Part shown: piece by piece, positions 8,837 to 18,786 of the stretch
Layout of the letters: every line of letters starts with the position of its first letter
Position numbering within the stretch: position 1 is the stretch's first letter
Assembly: GCA_002699445.1 (NCBI GenBank)
Contig: PAAU01000022.1
Location: forward strand, 16,827 to 80,826
Source of the DNA: Micrococcales bacterium
GTDB taxonomy: Bacteria; Actinomycetota; Actinomycetes; S36-B12; GCA-2699445
Reading direction: 5' to 3'
DNA: 64,000 nucleotides
The notes under the pieces: generated by a model
What the model was told of the DNA's origin: nothing
The model's database searches: none
The model's input: the letters and a program-made list of their open reading frames with translations, nothing else
Translations under genes and position numbers: made by a program

Positions 8837-10456
8837 GTGATTTCCATGCGGACTAGTTACGCCCATCGTCTCCGGCTCGCTGGCAGTGGCGCTGCGATGC
8901 TGATCGCACTCAATGTGATCGCCGCACCTTCCAGTTCTGCACAAGAACCGCATCCTAATTCATCCAGCATCGTGGACTCGGCCTCACCGCAGACTATAGA
9001 TACTCACTCTTCCGGCGAACACGACTACATCGTCCAGCTCCAACCCGGGAAATCTGTCGGTGACCTAGTTGCGGAGTCTGATCTCGAGCGGCAGGACATA
9101 TCGAAGAAGCTTCGTGGGTCAGCCGTGAAGGGTGCCGTGCTCAGGATCAACGCGGCTGAGGCTGCCCAACTAGGGGATACTCCTGCGGTCGAAATCATCG
9201 AACCCGACCAACCAGTGCGAGCACTGGCCAGCCAAGCTTACTCCGCTGGGGTTCCTTGGGGACTGGACAGAAGCGACCAGAATCTGGGCTTGGATGGTGC
9301 CTACCGTCCTCCCACCAAGGGTGCCGGAACTCATGTCTTCGTTGTCGATACGGGCATCGACCTAGATCACCCGGAGCTGCGAGACAAGATCGGTCCTGGC
9401 TTCGATGTGCTCGATCGGGGCGATGCGAATGACTGCCACGGGCATGGCACCCACGTTGCTGGCACAATCGCGTCGGGCTCATACGGAATGGCACCCAATG
9501 CCACGATTTATCCGGTCCGAGCGCTCGACTGCGACGGCGCCGGGAATACTTCAGGGGTCCTAAGCGCTCTGCACTGGATAAAGAAAAACGCGCCAGATCG
9601 GTCCATAGTCAATATGAGCTTGGGTGGCGATCTTAGCAGCGCCCTCAACCGGGCAGTCGCTGACTTGGTCAGTAACAACATCCCGGTCGTCGCCGCCGCC
9701 GGAAACGAACGCACTGATGCGTGCGACGTCTCGCCAGCCGCTGCCCCCGCAGCACTGACGGTAGGAGCAAGTGACAGAGAAGACCAGCAGTCCATATTCT
9801 CAAACTTTGGTCCCTGCCTCGATCTTTACGCTCCTGGAACAGCAATTACGTCTACAACCCCTGGGGGAGGAAGCGCCACCTACAGCGGCACCTCCATGGC
9901 TGCACCTCACGTCGCTGGAGCAGCGGCGGTCTACTGGAGTTATCGTCCTACTGCCAATGCAGACGAGGTGACAGCGGCCGTGATGAACCAATCCTCAACC
10001 GGTGTTCTCACGCTGCCAGGCCAGGCGGCTCAGAGCCCCAACCGACTCCTTAATGTGAACTTCGATGGGGCCCCCGTTCAACGACAACCCCTAAGCCCTC
10101 CGGTTCCTACTCCGCCAGCTACGCCGCCGGTGCCCTCCAGCGCGGAGATACCTAATCCTCCCGTTGCAGAAGCTCCACCCCAACTGCGCGATCAATCCCC
10201 CGCGAAAATTCGAGTTGGCAACGTGACTCGAAAGAAGGCCAAAATACGATGGACTACCGTCAGCTCAGCGAAAAGTTATCTGGTCACGGTCAAGCGACTC
10301 ACGCGGGGCCGGGACAAATCTAAGTTCCAGTCCAGCGGTTCTCGGATGAAGATTCGTGGCCTGAAGTCCGGAGCTAAATATCGTATTACCGTGATGGGCG
10401 TTTCCGGTAACGAACGTTCTCCCGCATCATCAGTAAAGATTCGCACCAAGCGCTGA
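8837..10456 (+). CDS. Secreted S8 subtilisin-like serine protease (proteinase-K subfamily) with I9 propeptide, Pro-rich linker and basic FN3-like C-terminal domain
   Basis: Signal peptide present. Catalytic triad motifs VVDTGID, HGHGTHVAG and GTSMAAPHVAG. WGLDRSDQ at the mature N-terminus. A PPVPTPPATPPVP linker is followed by a C-terminal ~90 aa with FN3-like beta pattern and very high K/R content. GTG start is preceded by GAAAGGAAG. Confidence 0.9.
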   Translation: MISMRTSYAHRLRLAGSGAAMLIALNVIAAPSSSAQEPHPNSSSIVDSASPQTIDTHSSGEHDYIVQLQPGKSVGDLVAESDLERQDISKKLRGSAVKGAVLRINAAEAAQLGDTPAVEIIEPDQPVRALASQAYSAGVPWGLDRSDQNLGLDGAYRPPTKGAGTHVFVVDTGIDLDHPELRDKIGPGFDVLDRGDANDCHGHGTHVAGTIASGSYGMAPNATIYPVRALDCDGAGNTSGVLSALHWIKKNAPDRSIVNMSLGGDLSSALNRAVADLVSNNIPVVAAAGNERTDACDVSPAAAPAALTVGASDREDQQSIFSNFGPCLDLYAPGTAITSTTPGGGSATYSGTSMAAPHVAGAAAVYWSYRPTANADEVTAAVMNQSSTGVLTLPGQAAQSPNRLLNVNFDGAPVQRQPLSPPVPTPPATPPVPSSAEIPNPPVAEAPPQLRDQSPAKIRVGNVTRKKAKIRWTTVSSAKSYLVTVKRLTRGRDKSKFQSSGSRMKIRGLKSGAKYRITVMGVSGNERSPASSVKIRTKR

Positions 10457-10543
10457 TGTGACCGACCTGACGGGCACCGGCATTTGCAACTAATTTGCGA
10501 TGCCACAATCCGATCCGAATCCGTCTGACGGGTCGACGTCGGC

Positions 10544-12154
10544 TTAGCGGGTCCGGACTTTAACTCGAACCGCTCGTGAAACTCCAACCTGGTTTTTTGC
10601 CTTAATCCGAATCCAGTAGACGGAATCCGACCTTAGCCGTTTCACTCGGACTCGCGACTTGCGCGTCTGCCCGCGGCTTCGCCACGAATCAGTTCCCTTG
10701 AGACGAATGCCGATCCGATATCGATCAGCGAACGCTACCTTCTTGAACCCCAGAATGACGGATCGCTTGCGCCTCTTTTTCACTCGAAGATTCGAGATCT
10801 TTCCCGGTTTGGCCAGCACTTGTTCCGTTGTGCTCGGTGGCGGGGCGACTGCGGGTAACGTGGTCGGCACGGCAGCGAGCAGGTTAGGCGATCCGACTCC
10901 GGCTCTCACCAATGAGATGGCGTCCTTACGAGCCAAATCTGTGACTCCCACTACAACGTCATTGGCTGCCTGAGAAGGGTCATTCCCCCAAAGAACGGCA
11001 ACCGCTCCAGCGGCGTGCGGCGCTGCTTGTGAAGTACCGCTCATGTACGAAGGCACAGTCGCTTGCGGATCGGGGTTAGTACTAGCGATGCCATCACCGG
11101 GAGCGAAAATATCGAGGCATCGACCCCAGTTCGAGTAGTTTGCCTCTACATCCAAGCGCGTGCTTGCCGCAACAGTCAGCGCCGCAGGCGCACTCGCGGG
11201 AGAAAAGTCGCATGCCCTCGCGCCTTGATTTCCCGCTGCGACCGCTACGACTATGCCGCGGTTCGACAAAGCGTTGACCGCCTCATTAATCAGATCCGAG
11301 GTAGCGCTAGCACCAAGACTCAAGTTCACGATCGCTGGCGGCCTGCCAAGATTTGCGTGGTGTTCGGCCACCCAGTTCAGGCCCTGAAGTAATCCGGTCG
11401 ATGTTCCCGTGCCGGCACAATCCAGAATTCGCACCGGATGCAGGGTGGCACCGGACGCCATTCCGTAGGTGGCTGATGTCAGGGTGCCCGCCACATGAGT
11501 TCCATGTCGATCGCAACTTCCCCCAGTGGGAGCGCTAACGAAACTCGCACCCGCCCCTACGCGACCAGCAAACTCCGGATGGTCCGATGCCACGTTGCCG
11601 TCAATCACGTAGATGTGGACTCCGGCACCATCACTGGACGGCCCATACGAACCATCCAGACCGACAGCCTGATCGACGCGATCTAACCCCCACGAAGCGG
11701 CAGGACGTGGGCCCAGCTGCGCACGCATACTTCGCGTATCGATATCAGCAGGCGAACCTTGAGTCGCGATCGGCAACACCGGTTCCACATGAGCGACTTT
11801 TCGATTGCGTGACAACGCATCCACCTGATCTGGGGTGAGCACTCGCTCCTCTGCCGAAACCACGGGCCCTACCACCTGCGCCGGATCTTGTGACTTATTC
11901 GGGCCCTGATCACGATTCTCGGCGGCTTTAGTAACTACAAGGTGCGTGTTGGGAGCAACTTCAGTCGGCGTTTCCATTGCCGTGGATGTCGGCCCGGAGT
12001 CGTGTGCACTGTCGGGTATCCCCGCCGCAATCGCCGGTGCGGGAACAACAGTCAGCGCGACCACCACCGCACAACCAGCAACTTTTTGACACCGCACCCT
12101 TCGACAGTACGTCCTTCTGCGCATGCCGTCCAGATAGCGATATCCCCCGTGCAA
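10544..12154 (-). CDS. Secreted S8 subtilisin-like serine protease, paralogue of 8837-10456, with basic FN3-like C-terminal domain
   Basis: Triad motifs YVIDGNV, DRHGTHVAG and GTSQAAPHAAG, plus WGLDRVDQ. The C-terminus (KISNLRVKKRRKRS...VKVRTR) is extremely basic. It is convergent with the paralogue, 87 bp apart. The true start may be the internal Met at 12124. Confidence 0.88.
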   Translation of the reverse strand: MHGGYRYLDGMRRRTYCRRVRCQKVAGCAVVVALTVVPAPAIAAGIPDSAHDSGPTSTAMETPTEVAPNTHLVVTKAAENRDQGPNKSQDPAQVVGPVVSAEERVLTPDQVDALSRNRKVAHVEPVLPIATQGSPADIDTRSMRAQLGPRPAASWGLDRVDQAVGLDGSYGPSSDGAGVHIYVIDGNVASDHPEFAGRVGAGASFVSAPTGGSCDRHGTHVAGTLTSATYGMASGATLHPVRILDCAGTGTSTGLLQGLNWVAEHHANLGRPPAIVNLSLGASATSDLINEAVNALSNRGIVVAVAAGNQGARACDFSPASAPAALTVAASTRLDVEANYSNWGRCLDIFAPGDGIASTNPDPQATVPSYMSGTSQAAPHAAGAVAVLWGNDPSQAANDVVVGVTDLARKDAISLVRAGVGSPNLLAAVPTTLPAVAPPPSTTEQVLAKPGKISNLRVKKRRKRSVILGFKKVAFADRYRIGIRLKGTDSWRSRGQTRKSRVRVKRLRSDSVYWIRIKAKNQVGVSRAVRVKVRTR

Positions 12155-12389
12155 TGAGTTGCTGCACCGATCTGACCTTGCCTAGCGACCAGCGACGACC
12201 GCTACGGGCCTCCGACACGTCTTAAAAGAATGGAATCCGAAGGTTCTGCTTCCACAGATATCGACTCAGATGCCTGGAAAGCACCAGATTGTGGGAGTAG
12301 TAACAAGATTTAGTGGACCGAACCAAAGCCAGAGCTCTCTTCGGCAAGTATCCTGATGTGAGCGCAGCGCAACTTCAGAAGGGCCGGGC

Positions 12390-15300
12390 GTGACAGCGGA
12401 ATCCTCCCCCACACATCCTTTCGGTGCCAACGAATGGATGGTCGACGAGTTATACCAGCAATTTTTGCAAGATCGCAGCAATGTGGATCCCGCCTGGTGG
12501 GACTTCTTCGCGGACTATGAGCCGGATTCGTATACAACCACTCGTGACGAAGCGCTACAGCATAAAGCCACCTTGACTAACAGAGAGACCGGGGAGCAAC
12601 AGCAGAGCCCCACATCTCCTGCAGAGGAAATGCACGTTACTGATGCTCGTGGAACATCCATCGAAGCCGTGTCCGCTTCGAAACCAATTGATGCTGAATC
12701 GAGTCAGCCGGCCCCCGCAGAATCCGTATCTGTCGACCCACAATCGGAGACTCCCGAAGACTCCAACTTCGAGCCAGTAGCCCAACCCCCTATGGGTGAT
12801 CGCAGCATCCCCACGCCCGCGATCCTGACGACACCTGATGTGCCAGAAGTACCGACCACGGCAAAGGACACCACCTCCGCTCCGATCAAGGGTGTTGCCG
12901 CTCGAGTAGCAAGCAATATGGAGGAATCATTAACGATTCCCACCGCAACAAGTGTGCGTGCAGTACCGGCGAAACTACTTATTGATAATCGGGTTGTCAT
13001 AAATAATCACCTAAGCCGAGCCCGCGGTGGCAAGGTCTCTTTCACTCACCTCATCGGTTATGCGGTGATCAAAGCGCTGAAATTGCTTCCCGAGATGAAT
13101 CGCTATTTTGGTGAGGCTGAAGATAAGCCGGTTCTCGTGACGCCAGCCCATGTGAACTTCGGTTTGGCTATTGATTTGCCACGGCCGGATGGGAGTCGGC
13201 AGTTGTTGGTACCCAGCATTAAGGCAGCTGAATCCATGAGCTTCGCTGAATTTTGGGTTGCTTATGAAGATCTCGTTAGGCGCGCCAGAACCGGTAAGTT
13301 GGCCATCGAAGATTTCGCCGGCACAACTATCACGCTGACCAACCCCGGAACTCTCGGAACCGTGCATTCCGTTCCTCGGCTCATGGCGGGCCAAGGAGCC
13401 ATTGTTGGTGTTGGCGCTATGGAGTATCCAGCTCAGTGGGAGGGGGCTAGTGCCGAAACTCTCGCGCGAAACGCCGTTTCAAAGACACTGACTCTGACAT
13501 CCACCTACGACCATCGAATCATTCAGGGAGCACAATCCGGCGAATTTCTTCGCCAGATTCATAGGTTGCTCCTAGGCGAAGACGGCTTCTACGACGAAGT
13601 TTTTCGGGCGCTGCGCATTCCTTACGTCCCGATTCGCTGGTCCCGCGACATTTCGTCCACCCATGACACGGATCTCAATAAGACCGCACGAGTACAGGAA
13701 CTCATCCATGCCTTTCGAGTTCGCGGGCATATCATCGCCGACACCGATCCCTTGGAGTACCACCAGCGGTACCACGCAGATTTAGAGGTCCTCGAACACG
13801 ATCTGACGCTCTGGGATTTGGATCGAGAATTTGCCACTGGCGGGTTCGGCGGAAAACCCTTGATGAAGTTACGCGACATCTTGGGAGTGCTGCGAGATTC
13901 CTACTGTCGTACCGTTGGCATTGAATACATGCACATCCAGGATCCCGAGCAACGGGAATGGTTTCAAGATCGAGTTGAGGTTCCGCAGGAAAGAGTCCCT
14001 CGAGACGAACAGCTGCGGATCTTGCGCAAACTCAACGAGGCTGAGGCATTCGAGACATTCCTTCACACTAAGTACGTCGGGCAGAAACGTTTCTCCCTCG
14101 AGGGCAGCGAGACCGTTATTCCGCTCTTAGACGCGGTAATGGACGAAGCTGCGCATGACGGCATCGAAGAAATCTGTATTGGGATGCCTCACCGTGGTCG
14201 ACTCAACGTCTTGACGAATATTGGCGGCAAACAATTCTCCCAAATCTTTAAAGAGTTTGAAGGTAACTACGGAACCGGCTCGGTACAGGGATCTGGTGAT
14301 GTGAAGTATCACCTGGGCACCTCGGGCAAATTCGTCGCCGAGGACGGGGCGGAAACCAAAGTCTATCTCGCGGCAAACCCCTCCCATCTAGAAGCGGTGG
14401 ACCCAGTGCTTGAGGGCATAGTCCGCGCGAAACAGGATCAACTGCCTAAGGCCACCCGACATCAGATTCTTCCTATCCTGATGCATGGAGACGCTGCATT
14501 TGCTGGGCAGGGGATCGTGGCCGAGACTCTGAATCTCTCTCAGCTTCAGGGATACCGCACCGGTGGGACCGTACACATCGTGGTGAACAACCAGGTTGGC
14601 TTCACCACATCGCCGAAGTACAGCCGCTCATCGGAGTACTCCACCGACGTGGCGCGGATGATTCAGGCTCCTATTTTGCACGTGAATGCCGACGATCCAG
14701 AGGCAGCAATCTGGGTGGCTAAACTGGCTTTCGAGTACCGGCAACGTTTCGGTAAGGATGTTGTGATCGATCTGGTGTGTTACAGACGACGGGGCCACAA
14801 TGAGGCTGATGATCCCAGCCTGACTCAGCCGATGATGTACTCGATCATCGATCAAAAGCGTTCCACCCGAAAAACCTATACAGAGCAACTCATTGGTCGC
14901 GGAGACATTACGGTTCAGGAAGCCGAAGAAGCGCTAAAGCATTTCCAGGAACGGCTCGAAGCAGTCTTCCAAGACACTCGGGACTCATTGGGACCCAAGG
15001 AATCGTTTACTCCCACCTCGGCAGAAGTGGAACGCGAAGGTTCACAGGCTCTGAAACCACAGCGACCTGCTGCGGAAGTCGATACGTCAATCACAACCGA
15101 ACAGGTAGCGTTAGTCGTAGATTCGCAACTCAATCTTCCCGAGGGATTTCACGTACATCCGCGACTGGCAACTCAACTGAAACGTCGGGCTCAAATGGTC
15201 GAGGATGGATCAATCGATTGGGGAATGGGCGAAGCGTTAGCATTCGGCTCGCTGGTCAACGAGGGACGTGCCGTTCGTCTGGCGGGTCAAGACTCTCGGC

Positions 15301-16229
15301 GCGGGACCTTCGGGCACCGCCACGCGGTCATCCTGGACAAGTCGACTGGTTGGCAATACAAACCGCTGAAACGTTGCTACGCCAATGGCGGCAAACTCTA
15401 TGTCTATGACTCGCTATTGAGCGAATTCGCCGCGATGGGTTTCGAATACGGCTACTCCGTGGCTCGGCCCGAGGCCCTCGTGATGTGGGAAGCTCAATTC
15501 GGCGATTTCGCCAATGGAGCGCAGACGATTCTCGATGAATTCATTTCGTCCGGAGAACAAAAGTGGGGGCAGCGCTCCGCCGTTACGTTGTTACTACCGC
15601 ACGGCTATGAGGGTCAAGGTCCCGACCACTCCTCCGCTCGCATGGAACGTTACTTGCAGATGTGCGCCGAGGACAACATGACAATCGCCATACCTTCGAC
15701 GCCCGCCTCCTACTTTCATCTGCTGCGGTGGCAGGCCCTCTCTCGAATGATCCGTCCCTTGATCATTTTTACCCCGAAGTCACTACTGCGAGCGAAGGCT
15801 GCGAGTTCACCACTGGCGGACTTTACCTCCGGGACGTTCAAGGCAGTGATCGGTGACCAGAAAATCAACGCGGATCGTGCGAGAAAAGTGCTTATGTGTA
15901 GTGGAAAGATTTACTACGAACTAGCGGCAGAGCGTGACCGCAGAGAAGCGGAAGATGTTGCTATCGTTCGAATTGAGCGGCCCTATCCACTTCCCGTGCG
16001 CACTCTGCCCGAAGAGTTATCGCGCTATCCGGACAGCGCCGAGTTCCTGTGGGTTCAAGAAGAGCCAGCCAACCAAGGAGCCTGGCAGTTCATCTCGATG
16101 AACTATCCGCAAATCCTGCAGCAGCTCATCGTGCCAGTTACCCGACCGGCTTCATCATCGCCAGCGGTCGGATCCCACAGTCGACACGACCGGGAGCAAC
16201 GCACCATTATCGATGCGGCTTTTGCCTAG
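12390..16229 (+). CDS. kgd: Multifunctional 2-oxoglutarate dehydrogenase E1/decarboxylase with N-terminal E2-like acyltransferase domain (Kgd/OdhA)
   Basis: 1279-aa ORF. N-terminus FGANEWMVDELYQQF as in actinobacterial Kgd. Acyltransferase catalytic motif DHRIIQG. TPP-dependent E1 core. GTG start. Confidence 0.95.
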   Translation: MTAESSPTHPFGANEWMVDELYQQFLQDRSNVDPAWWDFFADYEPDSYTTTRDEALQHKATLTNRETGEQQQSPTSPAEEMHVTDARGTSIEAVSASKPIDAESSQPAPAESVSVDPQSETPEDSNFEPVAQPPMGDRSIPTPAILTTPDVPEVPTTAKDTTSAPIKGVAARVASNMEESLTIPTATSVRAVPAKLLIDNRVVINNHLSRARGGKVSFTHLIGYAVIKALKLLPEMNRYFGEAEDKPVLVTPAHVNFGLAIDLPRPDGSRQLLVPSIKAAESMSFAEFWVAYEDLVRRARTGKLAIEDFAGTTITLTNPGTLGTVHSVPRLMAGQGAIVGVGAMEYPAQWEGASAETLARNAVSKTLTLTSTYDHRIIQGAQSGEFLRQIHRLLLGEDGFYDEVFRALRIPYVPIRWSRDISSTHDTDLNKTARVQELIHAFRVRGHIIADTDPLEYHQRYHADLEVLEHDLTLWDLDREFATGGFGGKPLMKLRDILGVLRDSYCRTVGIEYMHIQDPEQREWFQDRVEVPQERVPRDEQLRILRKLNEAEAFETFLHTKYVGQKRFSLEGSETVIPLLDAVMDEAAHDGIEEICIGMPHRGRLNVLTNIGGKQFSQIFKEFEGNYGTGSVQGSGDVKYHLGTSGKFVAEDGAETKVYLAANPSHLEAVDPVLEGIVRAKQDQLPKATRHQILPILMHGDAAFAGQGIVAETLNLSQLQGYRTGGTVHIVVNNQVGFTTSPKYSRSSEYSTDVARMIQAPILHVNADDPEAAIWVAKLAFEYRQRFGKDVVIDLVCYRRRGHNEADDPSLTQPMMYSIIDQKRSTRKTYTEQLIGRGDITVQEAEEALKHFQERLEAVFQDTRDSLGPKESFTPTSAEVEREGSQALKPQRPAAEVDTSITTEQVALVVDSQLNLPEGFHVHPRLATQLKRRAQMVEDGSIDWGMGEALAFGSLVNEGRAVRLAGQDSRRGTFGHRHAVILDKSTGWQYKPLKRCYANGGKLYVYDSLLSEFAAMGFEYGYSVARPEALVMWEAQFGDFANGAQTILDEFISSGEQKWGQRSAVTLLLPHGYEGQGPDHSSARMERYLQMCAEDNMTIAIPSTPASYFHLLRWQALSRMIRPLIIFTPKSLLRAKAASSPLADFTSGTFKAVIGDQKINADRARKVLMCSGKIYYELAAERDRREAEDVAIVRIERPYPLPVRTLPEELSRYPDSAEFLWVQEEPANQGAWQFISMNYPQILQQLIVPVTRPASSSPAVGSHSRHDREQRTIIDAAFA

Positions 16230-16274
16230 TCCACATTCCGTACTCGTCCAAACCGGATCTGGATTTTCTAATCG

Positions 16275-17450
16275 CTAGTTTTCTTCCCCGTCGGCGTCTG
16301 CGTCTGCGTCTGCGCCAGCCTCGTCGACATCGTTGAAACCATCGGGGTCACTGCCAAAGTTGTCTAATGTCGGAGTCTCGTCCGACTCGCGACCCGCTCG
16401 CGCAATGGCATTATCTAAAACTGAATTGGTCGGCTGGTCGCTTCTTACCCATACGGTTCGCTGCGGGAACGGAATCTCGATGCCTGACTCGTCAAAGGCA
16501 TCCTTAATTTCTTCGCGTAGTCGTCGTGAAGCGGTCCACTGTTCACCAGGCTTCGTCTTAACTACCATCCGAATGAGGATCGCATCAGCTGCCAGTTCTT
16601 CGACGCCCCAAACTTCTGGGATGTCGAGCAAGAGATGACCGTACTCATGGTCTCGATAAAAGTCTTCCCCGGTCTTTGCCAGGATTTCTTTCGCTCGAGA
16701 TAAATCGGTGTCGTAGGCAACGCTGATATCTAAAACAGTGCGAGACCAGTTTTGACTCTTATTTCCCACTCGGACGACCTCACCATTTCGGACAAACCAC
16801 AGAATCCCGTCAACCGATCTGATCTTTGTGGTGCGCAGTTGAACTTCTTCAACAGTTCCGCTGATTCCCGTATTACTGCCGGTGGAATCACCCACGTCAA
16901 CTACATCGCCGACGCCGTATTGATCTTCCATGATGATGAACACACCCGAAAGAAAGTCCGCAACCAAAGACTGCGCCCCAAAACCCAACGCCACGCCCAA
17001 GATGCCGGCTCCTGCGATCAGTGGCGCGAGATCAAAGCCCAACTCTCCCAAGACCATCAGCGTGGCAACTGTGTAGACGATCAATGTGACGATGTTGCGG
17101 AAGAGCGAACCCAGCGTCTCCGAACGTTGCGCGGCCCGCTGAGCCGCGATGATTTGCGTCGAAGACGGATCACCGCCGCCTTTCGCGGCCTCCAGCTGTT
17201 TCTTGACGTTCCTATTTACCAAACGTCCGATCCAACGGACAACGAAAGCTCGGAAAAATATCGCACCGACAATGATTAGCGCGATCCTGATACCACTGGG
17301 CAAGACATCGTTGACCCACCATTCCGGGTCCACGATGTTGTCCGACAGGTTGTCGAGATTCTCTTGAACCTGTTCGGGGTTGATCGTCGGCGTTGCCTCT
17401 GGTTCAGCTGTATTCAAAGGTGCCGTGGCGGAAAGAAACGCGCTAACCAT
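16275..17450 (-). CDS. Mechanosensitive ion channel (MscS family)
   Basis: 391-aa ORF with N-terminal TM helices and a conserved MscS beta-domain (VGDVVDVGD...GTVEEVQLRTTKIRS). It has an acidic C-terminal tail with a DADADAD repeat. Confidence 0.85.
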   Translation of the reverse strand: MVSAFLSATAPLNTAEPEATPTINPEQVQENLDNLSDNIVDPEWWVNDVLPSGIRIALIIVGAIFFRAFVVRWIGRLVNRNVKKQLEAAKGGGDPSSTQIIAAQRAAQRSETLGSLFRNIVTLIVYTVATLMVLGELGFDLAPLIAGAGILGVALGFGAQSLVADFLSGVFIIMEDQYGVGDVVDVGDSTGSNTGISGTVEEVQLRTTKIRSVDGILWFVRNGEVVRVGNKSQNWSRTVLDISVAYDTDLSRAKEILAKTGEDFYRDHEYGHLLLDIPEVWGVEELAADAILIRMVVKTKPGEQWTASRRLREEIKDAFDESGIEIPFPQRTVWVRSDQPTNSVLDNAIARAGRESDETPTLDNFGSDPDGFNDVDEAGADADADADGEEN

Positions 17451-17568
17451 TGGGCCTTCCTACTTCGTCGGTTGGGTAGCGCCGCCCGATCGCCTGGCAC
17501 TGCCCAAAGACCATCTGAGATCTTGCAAAGCCTAACTTGCCATGGACAGATGAGGTAACTCAGGCCGA

Positions 17569-17742
17569 CTACGAATCGTCGTCCTCGCGGGCCAGAAAGG
17601 CGGCCAAACGACCAATGGCATCCTCCCAGTTCGGGTACAGGTCGACGAAAGTCCGCATTTGTTCGGCAACCCATTCCACCGCTAACGACTCGCCTTCGCG
17701 ACGCTGCAGCAATTCCTCGATACCTCGGTCACTGTCGTACAA
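17569..17742 (-). CDS. Small conserved acidic protein (57 aa; DUF6104-like by recollection)
   Basis: Below the ORF-track cutoff. TTG start 5 nt after a perfect AGGAGG. Product: MYDSDRGIEELLQRREGESLAVEWVAEQMRTFVDLYPNWEDAIGRLAAFLAREDDDS. It fills an otherwise empty 325-bp gap and resembles a small protein family widespread in actinomycetes. Confidence 0.55.
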   Translation of the reverse strand: MYDSDRGIEELLQRREGESLAVEWVAEQMRTFVDLYPNWEDAIGRLAAFLAREDDDS

Positions 17743-17776
17743 GATCTCCTCCTAATTGCTGGGCAATAAATGAGCG

Positions 17777-18742
17777 TCAATCCCGTGTCAGCACAAGTTT
17801 GCCGAAGACGTTTCCGGTCGCGATCCGATCTAAGGCAACTTTCGCGTCCGCCATCGGAAGCTCGTCGGCAATCAGCGGACGGACTCCGGTGACGTCACAT
17901 AAGGCAATCAACTGCTCGAGTTCACGTCGAGTACCCATAGTTGAGCCAACGATCGATAACTGTTTGAAGAAAACCCGAGCAAGGTCTGCTGGTGGATTGG
18001 GACCCGAAGTGGCTCCGGTCACTACCACTCGTCCACCCGGTTTCAAGGCCTTCAATGAATGGTCCCAAGTAGCCGCCCCAACAGTTTCGACAACCGCATC
18101 GACCCGCTCTGGCAAACGGTCCCCCGCCTCGAAGACCTGATGCGCACCCAAGTCAACGGCCGCGGTTCGCTTCTCTTCGTCCCGAGATGTCACCCATACC
18201 CGCATACCCATGACTCGGGCCAGAGTGATGGCCGCCGTCGCGACCCCACCTCCCGCTCCTTGGACTAAAACAGTGTCTCCGGGACGCAGTCCGGAGCGAA
18301 CTGCCAGCATCCGATACGCCGTTAGCCACGCAGTCGGCAAACATGCCGCCTCCGCCATCGTCATACTCGATGGTAGGGACAGAAGGTTGCGAGACGGGAC
18401 CATGACATAGTCCGCGAAGGTTCCTTGATGGACTTCGGACAGCAAACTTCGATCGGGATCCAACGATTCATCTTCATACGACGGGTCCGCGACAACTGAG
18501 TAAACCAGAACGGGATTTCCGGCATCATCGATTCCGGCGGCATCACAGCCAAGAATCATTGGCAGTCGATCCTGAGTGATTCCGATGCCACGCAAAGTCC
18601 ACAAATCGTGATGATTGATACTGGCCGCCTGAACTTTGACACGACTCCAGCCGGGTATTAGTTCAGGATCGGGACGCTCACCAATGACCAGACCCGACAT
18701 CGGATCCTCGGCGCTAAAGGACTCAGCGTAGACAGCAAACAT
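17777..18742 (-). CDS. Zinc-binding alcohol dehydrogenase/quinone oxidoreductase family protein (MDR superfamily)
   Basis: MDR fold with Rossmann motif GAGGGVATAAI. ATG 18742 is preceded by GGAAAGGAG; the ORF-track start at 18763 lacks an RBS. Confidence 0.8.
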   Translation of the reverse strand: MFAVYAESFSAEDPMSGLVIGERPDPELIPGWSRVKVQAASINHHDLWTLRGIGITQDRLPMILGCDAAGIDDAGNPVLVYSVVADPSYEDESLDPDRSLLSEVHQGTFADYVMVPSRNLLSLPSSMTMAEAACLPTAWLTAYRMLAVRSGLRPGDTVLVQGAGGGVATAAITLARVMGMRVWVTSRDEEKRTAAVDLGAHQVFEAGDRLPERVDAVVETVGAATWDHSLKALKPGGRVVVTGATSGPNPPADLARVFFKQLSIVGSTMGTRRELEQLIALCDVTGVRPLIADELPMADAKVALDRIATGNVFGKLVLTRD

Positions 18743-18786
18743 TGCGACTCCTTTCCCGGTCATTCCGGCTGAATCGGTGCGGATGA

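Noticed and set aside
10457-10543. Bidirectional terminator expected between the convergent protease genes
   Set aside because: Only short direct repeats (ctgacggg twice, atttgc twice) and a 5-bp ggcat/atgcc stem are present. There is no GC-rich hairpin with a flanking U-tract.
12229-12312. 27-aa acidic ORF (MESEGSASTDIDSDAWKAPDCGSSNKI) in the kgd upstream region
   Set aside because: It has no ribosome-binding site and no recognisable family, and it lies in a likely promoter/5'UTR region.
16294-16314. Hexanucleotide microsatellite (gcgtct) x3.5
   Set aside because: It is an in-frame low-complexity coding repeat giving the DADADAD acidic tail of the MscS channel. It is too short to call a functional repeat.
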